Virus record (IMG/VR): IMGVR_UViG_3300035698_003810
Location: 1 to 64,000 of that record
Length of the DNA: 64,000 nucleotides
Strand: one strand, 5' to 3'
DNA from: a virus
Positions 18,200-27,342 of this stretch are shown piece by piece (the stretch's first letter is position 1; each line of letters starts with the position of its first letter). The notes beneath the pieces were generated by a model. That model searched no databases, had not been told where the DNA came from, and saw only the letters and a list, made by a program, of their open reading frames with translations. Position numbers and translations under genes: made by a program.

Positions 18200-20251
18200 A
18201 TGCCAGAAAATAAACCAAGAGAAAACGACTTCTTAAAACAAAATCAGGCTGCTCAATTTGTAAAGAGCAGTACTGATATGATTCAAAGAAAAATAGGCGG
18301 TGTTTTTAATAACACAGCAAAAGCGTTTAGTGAAAGTGCGGGTATTCAATTAGAAAATTCGAACACATTAAAACGTATTGACACATCTTTATCTACACTC
18401 AATAAAACATTATTTGAGCAACAAAAGTTATTATCAAAAAGTAATGCTGAAACATTACGTTTACACACAAAAACTACACAATTCATAAAAGAATCATCAA
18501 CTCAAAAATATCAGAAAGCAACAACTGCTACAGATTTTGTTAGAAGACAAGACCCTAATGAAGGAATGAGAGAAAACATTCTTGATATGGAAAATTTACT
18601 TAGAGATATTAAAGAAGGCGACAAAGAAGAAAGACGTAAGAAGGGTGGCCTTATGGGTTTACTTGGTGGTATTGGTACGGCTTTTGCCGGTGCTGGTCTT
18701 ATGGGATATTTAATGACAGGTAAAAAAGAATTCCTATTTAGTATGGTTAAGGGGTTTACAAAATATATTGGTAAAGGGTTAACTGGTTTATTTAAAATAG
18801 GAAAGATAGGTAATAGTCTTAAAAGTTTTTTGAATGTTGGTAAAGTATTTAAACAAGTGGGTACAATGTTCAAATCGATTGGTACGATAACTAAATCGAT
18901 TGGTAAAATATTTGGAAAGGGATTTGGTAAGAGTGTTGGGAAAGGTGCTGTTAAAGGTTTAGGTAAATCTGGTGGAAAAGCATTCCTGAAAAAAATTCCT
19001 GTTGTTGGTGGCCTGATGGGATTATTTTTTGGTATACAACGATTCCGAAAAGGTGATTGGGTTGGTGGATTAATGGAAGTTGCTTCTGGTATTGCGTCAA
19101 TTGTTCCGGGTGTTGGTACTGCATTGTCAATTGGTATTGATGCTCTATTATTGTTTAGAGATTTTAAAGGTGTTGATGTTGGTAAGGGTAGCATGAATCA
19201 AAAAGTAGGAACTGGTTTAAAGACAGCATTATCACTTAGAAACCTTCCGGGTATTGGTGCGGTAATTAGATTGAAAGAAGGGATGGATGCATGGAAATCT
19301 GGAAATAAGATGGATGCACTTAAATCTATTGGTGGTGCAGTTGCATCTATGTTTCCAATGGGTGGACAATTATTTGATAATGCAGGAGAAATTTTTTCTG
19401 CGTTCAAAGATGGTGGATTCAAGAGTGGAATGAAGAGTGTGCTTGGTTCTATTACAGGAGGCTCAGAGACACCCCATAAAGACGGTGGAGGATATTCTCG
19501 TGCGAGAGCAAGAACAACACCGGGTAAAAATGCTTTTGGGTATCTAATGGGCTTCTCAGATAAAATGAAAGCACCACATATGAAAGATGATGGATTTTCA
19601 CCAACAAGTTCAATTTCAGACTTATTGAAAGGACATAAACAAGGCCATTATGATGGTATTAGTTTGTATAGACCTTGGAGTCCAGATTTTGAAGGTATAC
19701 AGCCAGACATGAAACTTAATTTTACAAACATGGCTAAAGATTATTATGATGCTACTGGAAAAAATATTCAAGTTAATTCAGCAAAACGTAATGGTGTGGG
19801 TGATTCAGTTCATGATTATGGATTTGCTATTGATGTAAATTCGTCTGATGCAAATAAACTTGAGAGTATGGGGTTGTTACAAAGTTATGGTTTTCACAGA
19901 CCACTAATTAACTGGTGGAAGAAAAAAGAACCTTGGCATATAGAACCTTATCCGGGTGAATCATATGGCCCAAGGGATACAATTAATAATGAGTTCAGAG
20001 TTGGTACTTTACAGGGTAAGAGAAAATATATACAACCGCAACAAGGTGCTCCGGCTGGTGGTGGTTTTGATTTTAATACACCACAAGGGCATATAGAAAG
20101 TAAATTTGCTTCAGACAAACCAATGCAAGTTGTGTTGGCTGGTGATGATATTGACAGATTGGCACAAGCGTTTGGTAGACAATTAGAAAAGAATAATCAG
20201 AGACAAGCACCATCAGCTTCTTCACAAGTGGTGTCTGGAAGAAAATTTTAA
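18200..20251 (+). CDS. tape-measure/hub-like protein with C-terminal M15 peptidase domain
   Basis: Gly/Lys amphipathic repeats (LKKIPVVG); Zn-peptidase motifs NSAKR, SVHDYGFAID, EPWHIE. Confidence 0.8.
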   Translation: MPENKPRENDFLKQNQAAQFVKSSTDMIQRKIGGVFNNTAKAFSESAGIQLENSNTLKRIDTSLSTLNKTLFEQQKLLSKSNAETLRLHTKTTQFIKESSTQKYQKATTATDFVRRQDPNEGMRENILDMENLLRDIKEGDKEERRKKGGLMGLLGGIGTAFAGAGLMGYLMTGKKEFLFSMVKGFTKYIGKGLTGLFKIGKIGNSLKSFLNVGKVFKQVGTMFKSIGTITKSIGKIFGKGFGKSVGKGAVKGLGKSGGKAFLKKIPVVGGLMGLFFGIQRFRKGDWVGGLMEVASGIASIVPGVGTALSIGIDALLLFRDFKGVDVGKGSMNQKVGTGLKTALSLRNLPGIGAVIRLKEGMDAWKSGNKMDALKSIGGAVASMFPMGGQLFDNAGEIFSAFKDGGFKSGMKSVLGSITGGSETPHKDGGGYSRARARTTPGKNAFGYLMGFSDKMKAPHMKDDGFSPTSSISDLLKGHKQGHYDGISLYRPWSPDFEGIQPDMKLNFTNMAKDYYDATGKNIQVNSAKRNGVGDSVHDYGFAIDVNSSDANKLESMGLLQSYGFHRPLINWWKKKEPWHIEPYPGESYGPRDTINNEFRVGTLQGKRKYIQPQQGAPAGGGFDFNTPQGHIESKFASDKPMQVVLAGDDIDRLAQAFGRQLEKNNQRQAPSASSQVVSGRKF

Positions 20252-20265
20252 AAAGGAAGTAAACA

Positions 20266-21243
20266 ATGCCTTTCGAAGAAATTACATTATTTAATCCACA
20301 GTCATGGCAAGGTGCAGGATTAACAAAAGAGAATGAAGAAAGTGAATCTAAATTTGCTAAAGGTCATAGTGTAATAAAAATTACACCAAACCATTATTTT
20401 TATGCAAGAAATAGAAATGATTTAGTGCCGGTGATTGGTGTTACAACAGAGGGAGTTTCTATTGGTATTGAAAGTGAATGGAATGCTTTAGATTGGCCTT
20501 CTGTTCCCGCTATTGTAGGTAGAGGTGCGTTGTTGGCTGGTGGTGGTGCATTGGGTTCTGTTTATATGTCAAAGAAATTATGGCACAAAAATGGTTATCT
20601 TAGAATGGCTCCGAAATTTAGAATTGTTGATTGGGATGGTACTGGTAAACCAATTTTCGCAGCATATCAACTTGCTAAGTTTGCTCTTCCGGGAAAACAA
20701 AATGCATGGGGTGAATCACTTGAAAAGGGTAAATATGGTGAAAAAGCTGCAACTGGTGGCGGTGAAAAGTTGGCATTAGCAACACAAGAAAAAATGAAAA
20801 AATTAAATAATGGTTTGAAGAATATAACAGAAGGTGGGATGTTTGAAAGCGTTGCTGGATTGCTTGGTAACAGTGTTGAGTCGCTTACAAGGGCTGTAAC
20901 TAATCGTGCAAGTACAGTCAACACAAATGTAATTGAAGATGCGCATGATTATATAACATTAAAAAATGCACCACCTCCAGTGATGATTCAAATTGGTCAA
21001 TTTTTTTATCATCCTGATATGATTATTACAAATGTTAATTTTGATTTCTCATTGGACATGAGTGAAATGGGGCCGTTGTATGTTGACATTACTTTGGAGT
21101 TGTCATCACGAAAAATAATGAGTGGTATTGATGATATTGGATTTACACAAAAGACAGGTTTTAGTAGAGGTACAATTGATAATACACCACAAATAGGGGA
21201 ACTAAATCAAGAGCAATTACAAACTATAGCAGGTGTGGGATAG
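20266..21243 (+). CDS. baseplate tail-tube cap (gp48-like)
   Basis: PPPV.IQIG, IITNVNFDFS, P.YVDITL pattern; precedes gp53. Confidence 0.6.
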   Translation: MPFEEITLFNPQSWQGAGLTKENEESESKFAKGHSVIKITPNHYFYARNRNDLVPVIGVTTEGVSIGIESEWNALDWPSVPAIVGRGALLAGGGALGSVYMSKKLWHKNGYLRMAPKFRIVDWDGTGKPIFAAYQLAKFALPGKQNAWGESLEKGKYGEKAATGGGEKLALATQEKMKKLNNGLKNITEGGMFESVAGLLGNSVESLTRAVTNRASTVNTNVIEDAHDYITLKNAPPPVMIQIGQFFYHPDMIITNVNFDFSLDMSEMGPLYVDITLELSSRKIMSGIDDIGFTQKTGFSRGTIDNTPQIGELNQEQLQTIAGVG

Positions 21244-21252
21244 GAATAAATT

Positions 21253-21588
21253 ATGATTAATAAATATAGTAGACAGAACTTTGTGCCGACGGTATCAGCC
21301 GGAGATTATTTAGAAAAGGATTTAATTCTTAACAATTGGGATTTGTTTGAAATAAACAGACCAATTAGATTTGATACTATACACAGACAAGATTTACAAA
21401 GACCAGATTTATTATCATTGAGAGTGTATTCAAAAATGAGTTATTTCTGGATATTGCTTAAAGTAAATATGATTGACAGTGTGTGGAATGATATGGAAAT
21501 TGGTCAAGATATAATAGTACCAGATGTTGAAGATATTGTTGATTTTGTTTTGGCTGTTAAAAAAAGAATAAGAGCTTTAAATACATAA
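21253..21588 (+). CDS. gp53: baseplate wedge protein (gp53-like, LysM-like)
   Basis: RPDLLS..VY....FWILL..N ... G..I.VP. Confidence 0.85.
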   Translation: MINKYSRQNFVPTVSAGDYLEKDLILNNWDLFEINRPIRFDTIHRQDLQRPDLLSLRVYSKMSYFWILLKVNMIDSVWNDMEIGQDIIVPDVEDIVDFVLAVKKRIRALNT

Positions 21589-21598
21589 GGGATAATAT

Positions 21599-22813
21599 AT
21601 GTCAATACCAGCACAACATTTTTATTTAAGTTTACGATTGAAAAACAAAAGCTCAGTAAACACCGGAGTTACTGATATAATTATACCTCGTGAAAATATA
21701 GAATCGTTGACAATAACAGAAGACATTCTTTCAGTATTGCCAAAGATTGAATGTGTTATGCATGATGTTGGTAGTTTTGTTGATAGATATGTATTTCTTG
21801 ATGATGATATTGTTAGTGTTATTATATCTCAAGATGAGGAAATTGAACCAACAATCGATATGGAATTTGTAGTTAGTGATTATGTTTTTGAATCAGATAA
21901 TCAAACAAATAATTCTAATACAGTTAAATTCATTGGGTATATGTCGGCAAAACAATTATTTGTTCCATATAGAAATAGAAGTTTCAATGATAATAGTGAA
22001 GATATATTAAAAAAAATTGCAAAAGAAACTGAAATTAAATTTGACAATCCTCATAATATTACTCCGAGTGATAAAATGATATGGTATCAAAATCAGAACA
22101 ATTATAATTTTATAAAACATATGTTGAAACGAGGATTTATTGCAGATGATGCCTTGTTCTTTTATGCAAACACTAAAAATAAATTTGTATATACATCACT
22201 AAAAGTAGAGATGGAAAAGGAACTTAATTTTAAAGCAACATACAATTCGAATCGTGTTTATAATTATTTATTATTAAGTGATGAGAATGATAAAATGTTT
22301 TTTAATTCTTATGATGTTATGAACTTGACAGGTGTATTTAATAAGATGAGTAATTATTCTGCAACATTTGGATACTATAATTTGAAGGGTAAGTACATCG
22401 GTGGTACGGTGGATAAAATTACTAAGATGACAGATTTGTATAATAAAAGTAAAGACTATGATGGCAAACCATCAATATTTTGTAATGTAGGAATGTTTGG
22501 AAATAATAATGTCTTTGAAGAATTCCCAAGGGGTATTGTTCAGAATATGTTTATGAAATATAATTTATTCACAACAACACTTCTTCTAAATATTAATTCA
22601 ATGACTAATGTAAAATTGTTTGATAAAGTCAATGTTGGTATTCCAGAAATTCTTGACGATAAGGAATCATTCAATGAGGCATATTCTGGAAATTATCTTG
22701 TCGGAGCAATAACTCATAACATAACACAAGATGGTGTTTATCAAAAGAAAACATTGTTATGTAGAAATGGAATAAATAAATCAGATGATTTGAAAGATTA
22801 TAATGTTAATTAG
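21599..22813 (+). CDS. baseplate hub protein (gp27-like)
   Basis: I.SLTITEDI N-terminus, YSGNYLV.AITH C-terminus; between gp53 and gp5. Confidence 0.75.
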   Translation: MSIPAQHFYLSLRLKNKSSVNTGVTDIIIPRENIESLTITEDILSVLPKIECVMHDVGSFVDRYVFLDDDIVSVIISQDEEIEPTIDMEFVVSDYVFESDNQTNNSNTVKFIGYMSAKQLFVPYRNRSFNDNSEDILKKIAKETEIKFDNPHNITPSDKMIWYQNQNNYNFIKHMLKRGFIADDALFFYANTKNKFVYTSLKVEMEKELNFKATYNSNRVYNYLLLSDENDKMFFNSYDVMNLTGVFNKMSNYSATFGYYNLKGKYIGGTVDKITKMTDLYNKSKDYDGKPSIFCNVGMFGNNNVFEEFPRGIVQNMFMKYNLFTTTLLLNINSMTNVKLFDKVNVGIPEILDDKESFNEAYSGNYLVGAITHNITQDGVYQKKTLLCRNGINKSDDLKDYNVN

Positions 22814-22821
22814 GAGATGGT

Positions 22822-23538
22822 ATGCATAAAAATAATGAAAGTATAAAAGCAATGTTGTCACAAGATATTACTGATTCATTAAATGATTTTTTAAATGATG
22901 ATGAGTATGAAGGTAAATATGAAGGGAATTTTACTGGAATTATTGTTGACAATAAAGACCCGGACAAAGTTGGAAAATGTAAAATAAGAGTGTTTGGTGT
23001 TCATGGTGATGACATTCAGGATAAGGATTTGCCGTGGGCATTTCCAGATTTTAATTTCAGGGGTGGGTTGAAAGGTTCATTCATTGTTCCTCCGGTTGAC
23101 TGTTTTGTCAATGTATATTTTGAACGTGGTGAAATTTATATTCCAAGATACTCAAATAAAGTTATTGATGAAAATAGTTTACCAACTAATAAAGATACTG
23201 ATTATCCTGACAACATGGTGTTCTTTGAAACTGACAACGGTGATAAGTTTGAGATTAACAGAAAGAAAAAGACAACAATGTTTGAACATGCAAGTGGAAC
23301 AAAGATTACACATACAATGAAGGAAACTGAATTTGAACATCATTCAGGTGCAAAGATTACAATTGATACTTTGGGGAATGTGACAATAGATTCTCCTTTG
23401 ACAATAAAAACAAAACATGGTTTATTTTTAGAAGACACTGGAAGTACTGTAGTGCCAACTGGTTTGGGGCCATATTGCGCTCTTCCTGTTTGTGCAGTAA
23501 CAGGTGTCACACAAACCGGAAACCGATGTACTCCATAA
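22822..23538 (+). CDS. gp5: baseplate central spike (gp5 OB-fold, no lysozyme domain)
   Basis: GIIVDNKDPDKVGKCKIRVFGVH, LPWA, VPP....V.V.F..G, H.SGT repeats. Confidence 0.88.
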   Translation: MHKNNESIKAMLSQDITDSLNDFLNDDEYEGKYEGNFTGIIVDNKDPDKVGKCKIRVFGVHGDDIQDKDLPWAFPDFNFRGGLKGSFIVPPVDCFVNVYFERGEIYIPRYSNKVIDENSLPTNKDTDYPDNMVFFETDNGDKFEINRKKKTTMFEHASGTKITHTMKETEFEHHSGAKITIDTLGNVTIDSPLTIKTKHGLFLEDTGSTVVPTGLGPYCALPVCAVTGVTQTGNRCTP

Positions 23539-23551
23539 AAGGATTTGAATA

Positions 23552-24046
23552 ATGGCAATTAAAAGTAATACAGACGGGTTGAAAACAAAAATTGTTAATG
23601 CATTAAAAAAAGCAAAAATTAATGTACCAGTTAGTGCCGACCCTGATACAGGTAAAGTTAAGTATGATGATGTTCCTTTTATCAGTACGAAAAAAGAAGG
23701 GAAGGTTGTAAATATTAAAGATGCAACTAAACCATTATATGGTGAAAATTATTCATTAGATAAAGAAACTGGCATAGAGAAGATTGCAGAAGCAATTGCT
23801 AATGAGGTATTGAGTTATATTGCCGAACATGCAGAGGTCAATATGAAAGAAAGAATGGATGCTCTTGAGAGTGATTATAATGCCCTTATAATTTCTTTAC
23901 AAAGTGGTGGGGCAAGTTTGTCTGTTGCACCACTCACACCTGTTGGTGCTGTTTTAACGGCTGCTGCCAGTGCAGGTGGGACTCCGGCAAGGGTTGGTAT
24001 ATCAAATACACTTAAAGCAACAAATGAAATAACTGACATAGGATAA
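23552..24046 (+). CDS. hypothetical baseplate-associated protein
   Basis: 164-aa ORF between gp5 and gp25. Confidence 0.6.
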   Translation: MAIKSNTDGLKTKIVNALKKAKINVPVSADPDTGKVKYDDVPFISTKKEGKVVNIKDATKPLYGENYSLDKETGIEKIAEAIANEVLSYIAEHAEVNMKERMDALESDYNALIISLQSGGASLSVAPLTPVGAVLTAAASAGGTPARVGISNTLKATNEITDIG

Positions 24047-24050
24047 TTTA

Positions 24051-24058
24051 TATAAATA
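24051..24058 (+). promoter_or_regulatory. T4-type late promoter
   Basis: Intergenic TATAAATA before gp25. Confidence 0.75.
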
Positions 24059-24075
24059 TACATAAAGGTGTTGTT

Positions 24076-24468
24076 ATGAATTTCGAAAAAATTAAAAAGT
24101 ATGCTGATGATTGGGCTTATGATTTAGAAATCCAATTAAGAAAGAGTGGTGAAATAAAAAATGTTAATGTTATCAACCAAAGTATTGAGTTGATATTAAT
24201 GACATTACCGGGTGAACGATTATTTAATCCATCATTTGGTTCTTATTTTCAATTAAGACTTTTTGATGTGATAACTGAGGATTTTCTGGAAAAATTAATT
24301 GATGATACTGTTGTTGCTATACAGAGATGGGAAGATAGAATAACAATCATAGAACCGGAAGTTAGATTACGGGTTTCTCCTGATGCTAACCAAGCATACA
24401 TTTCTATACCATATGTTATCAAAGAAAGACAACTGAAGGCTTCTTTTCAAAGAAAAATTACACAATAA
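24076..24468 (+). CDS. gp25: baseplate wedge subunit (gp25-like)
   Basis: I.QSI..IL.T.PGERLFNPSFG, I.RWE.RI. Confidence 0.93.
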   Translation: MNFEKIKKYADDWAYDLEIQLRKSGEIKNVNVINQSIELILMTLPGERLFNPSFGSYFQLRLFDVITEDFLEKLIDDTVVAIQRWEDRITIIEPEVRLRVSPDANQAYISIPYVIKERQLKASFQRKITQ

Positions 24469-24480
24469 GGGATTGATATA

Positions 24481-27330
24481 ATGGCTGAGAATTTTTTAAA
24501 ATATACTGAGTTGACATACGATACAATTGATGCTCAAATAAGAGATAAGATTAATGCTGATACGAGATTTGATAATCCTCGTGAGTCTGCTATATTTCAA
24601 ACAATAACAGAAATATTTTCTGGTACGGCAGATTTAGTTAATTATTATATTCAACGTAGAGCAGAAGAATGTTATTTTGATACCGCACAATTAAAATCAT
24701 CAATCATTCTCCTTGCACGTCAATTAGGTTATGTGGTAACACGCCCTCAACCGGCAAAGGCCAAACTTAAAATTGTTTTAGATGGTGATTTTACTGGCGT
24801 ATTTGATACAACAACAGGAGCGGACAATAAAATTCAATTACCATACTATTCTAAATTTTCTCACGGTGGAAATGATTTTGTTTTGATTGACACATTTACA
24901 TATAATGTATCGGATGCGCTTGTTACTGAAATGATTGCCAGTGCTGGTGAATTTGAAAAGAATATAACTAAAGATTCATTTGGAAATGACATTACAATCG
25001 CACAGGGAACTATTAGAGAGAAGACTGTTATTGGTAATAGTAATGTACAAGTGGGTAGTAATTTCCAATCATATAAATTTGAGGATAGAGAATTTTCAAA
25101 TGTTTATGGATATGAGGATTATTTCTTTAATGATGTTACACAAGTGTATGTTGGTAATACAAAAGATGCAACAACAAAATTTCAAATTGATAGACGTTCA
25201 TTGATTAATTGGGAATCATTAGAAAGTAATGATTTGTCAACAGCATCGAAGGTGTGTCTTATTAGAACAACACCGGATGAATATGTTGAACTTATTTTTG
25301 GTGATGGTGCATTTGCAGCCAAAGGTGCATTAACACGAGAAGATAACATATATCTTCAATACTTGGCAACTGATGCTAAAGACGCAAATAAAGTTGGTGT
25401 TATTGATGAGAAAGTAAATTTCTCTGGTAAAGTATTTACAAACACTGGTGTTGAAGTTACAGATATAGTTAAATTTAAATTAAATTCAAACATTACTGGT
25501 GGTGCTGACATAGAAAGTAATGATAGTATTAAATTTTCTGCACCACAGATTTATTATTCATTGGATAGATTGGTTACAAAATCAGATTATATAAACTATC
25601 TGAAGAGCCTTAAATCGCCTATCGATGTTCAGAATGCCATTGCATGGGGTGAACAGGAAGAACGCGACCTTGCGGGCGTATTTGCTGATATAAAGATGTT
25701 TAATGTGTCTCTCTTCTCTGTAGTAGGTAGTCTTTACAATTTGGATGGTAATATCTATACAGTAAGAACACGATATACAGGTCTTAATGAATCAGTTCTT
25801 GATTTAGATTATGACCCGTATTCGATTCACGTACAAAGTTATTTTAATGTATACACACGTCAAGCGATTGCTCATCAATTGAAAAAGTATGAAGTGTTGT
25901 ATTATTATAAACGATTGGTTGGTGGTCAACCGTTAAGTGCATCTCCGGCATATTACAGAGATGGTTATGGTGATAATGGTATTTTTAATTTTCATTATGC
26001 ATCGGATATTGTTGCTAATGCAAGTAATATTTCAACATCTGGAACGGTTACAGTAGACTTTTCATCATTGACAAACGCATCAACAATGAGTGATGTTGCA
26101 GGAAAAATTAATGATGAGATTGCATCATTCAATGATGTTAGAGCAAATACATTTGATAATGCTAATTATAATGCTGTTGCATTTGATAATGGAAGTGATG
26201 CTATTGTTGGGTGGGATAATACAAATGAACGATTTGTATTTACATTTGGTGTAGATTCTCAGAATTATATAACATCTGCGTTTGACCCATTGGCAGGTGA
26301 TTTAAATTTATCACAAACAATTGATACTATTGCCAGTTTAGAAAGTGAAGAGATGAGTGGAGATATAACTGAGGTTATAGGAAATTTAGATACAAGAGCA
26401 CAAATGAATATTAAAAATATTTATGTCTCTCCTATCATTCATAATTTTAATCTTGAAGGTACTGTATATGCTAAACCATTATATGATAAGGAAGCATTAA
26501 GAACTGAGATTAATAATTCTATTTACAGTTGGTTGAATATAAATGCAGATTATAATGAACCAATAAGAATATCAAATATTATTGAGATAATAGAAAGACA
26601 CCCGGGTATTGTTCATGCTAATTTAAAAATCACACCGGAAGATATAACTGCTGGTGTTAATAATAAAAATAATAAATATTATTATGGATGGCAAGACCAA
26701 ACAGTAAATCCATATGGTGGAGAAATCGGAACTATAATTCTTTTATATTTACATAATTTTTTAAATAACACAAGTACATTCAAATCTATTGATGAAGTTA
26801 GAACATTTTATAATATGGGAACGGTTACATTATTATGGAACGGACTTCCAATACAAATACCAGTTGGTGAAGCATACACATTGGAAAATAAAAAATACTA
26901 TTTACACAATTATATAAATGAAAGAAATTTCATGAATAAATTTTTAAAAGATTTATTTGATTTTTTGTTAAATAAAGCAGAAACTCAACCAAATCCTGCG
27001 GTTGGTCAAGACGCGAATGGTTATACATATATGAGTGTTAATGGTTCAATTGTAGTTAACTATAGAAGATTTATTGGATATAATAGTTCACAAAGTTTAT
27101 TCAATTCATTTAATAGATTTTATGCTGTGACAGCAGATAGTGATTTTATAAAATCAGTAACAAAAATTCATAAGGACTTATCTTACATTATAAAATTAAA
27201 TATGATTGACAGTCATGGAAATATTGATGTTGAATATGATGATGAAGATAATTTTGTACGAGGTGGGTATTCTCTTGGTTCTGAAATTGTGAAACTGAAT
27301 TTACAACCACTTAAATATGAATACAAATAA
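24481..27330 (+). CDS. gp6: baseplate wedge subunit (gp6-like)
   Basis: E.YFDTAQL..S...LA..LGY, FGDG, GGADIES..SIK..AP, RLVT..DY. Confidence 0.92.
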   Translation: MAENFLKYTELTYDTIDAQIRDKINADTRFDNPRESAIFQTITEIFSGTADLVNYYIQRRAEECYFDTAQLKSSIILLARQLGYVVTRPQPAKAKLKIVLDGDFTGVFDTTTGADNKIQLPYYSKFSHGGNDFVLIDTFTYNVSDALVTEMIASAGEFEKNITKDSFGNDITIAQGTIREKTVIGNSNVQVGSNFQSYKFEDREFSNVYGYEDYFFNDVTQVYVGNTKDATTKFQIDRRSLINWESLESNDLSTASKVCLIRTTPDEYVELIFGDGAFAAKGALTREDNIYLQYLATDAKDANKVGVIDEKVNFSGKVFTNTGVEVTDIVKFKLNSNITGGADIESNDSIKFSAPQIYYSLDRLVTKSDYINYLKSLKSPIDVQNAIAWGEQEERDLAGVFADIKMFNVSLFSVVGSLYNLDGNIYTVRTRYTGLNESVLDLDYDPYSIHVQSYFNVYTRQAIAHQLKKYEVLYYYKRLVGGQPLSASPAYYRDGYGDNGIFNFHYASDIVANASNISTSGTVTVDFSSLTNASTMSDVAGKINDEIASFNDVRANTFDNANYNAVAFDNGSDAIVGWDNTNERFVFTFGVDSQNYITSAFDPLAGDLNLSQTIDTIASLESEEMSGDITEVIGNLDTRAQMNIKNIYVSPIIHNFNLEGTVYAKPLYDKEALRTEINNSIYSWLNINADYNEPIRISNIIEIIERHPGIVHANLKITPEDITAGVNNKNNKYYYGWQDQTVNPYGGEIGTIILLYLHNFLNNTSTFKSIDEVRTFYNMGTVTLLWNGLPIQIPVGEAYTLENKKYYLHNYINERNFMNKFLKDLFDFLLNKAETQPNPAVGQDANGYTYMSVNGSIVVNYRRFIGYNSSQSLFNSFNRFYAVTADSDFIKSVTKIHKDLSYIIKLNMIDSHGNIDVEYDDEDNFVRGGYSLGSEIVKLNLQPLKYEYK

Positions 27331-27342
27331 TTGGAGTTATAA

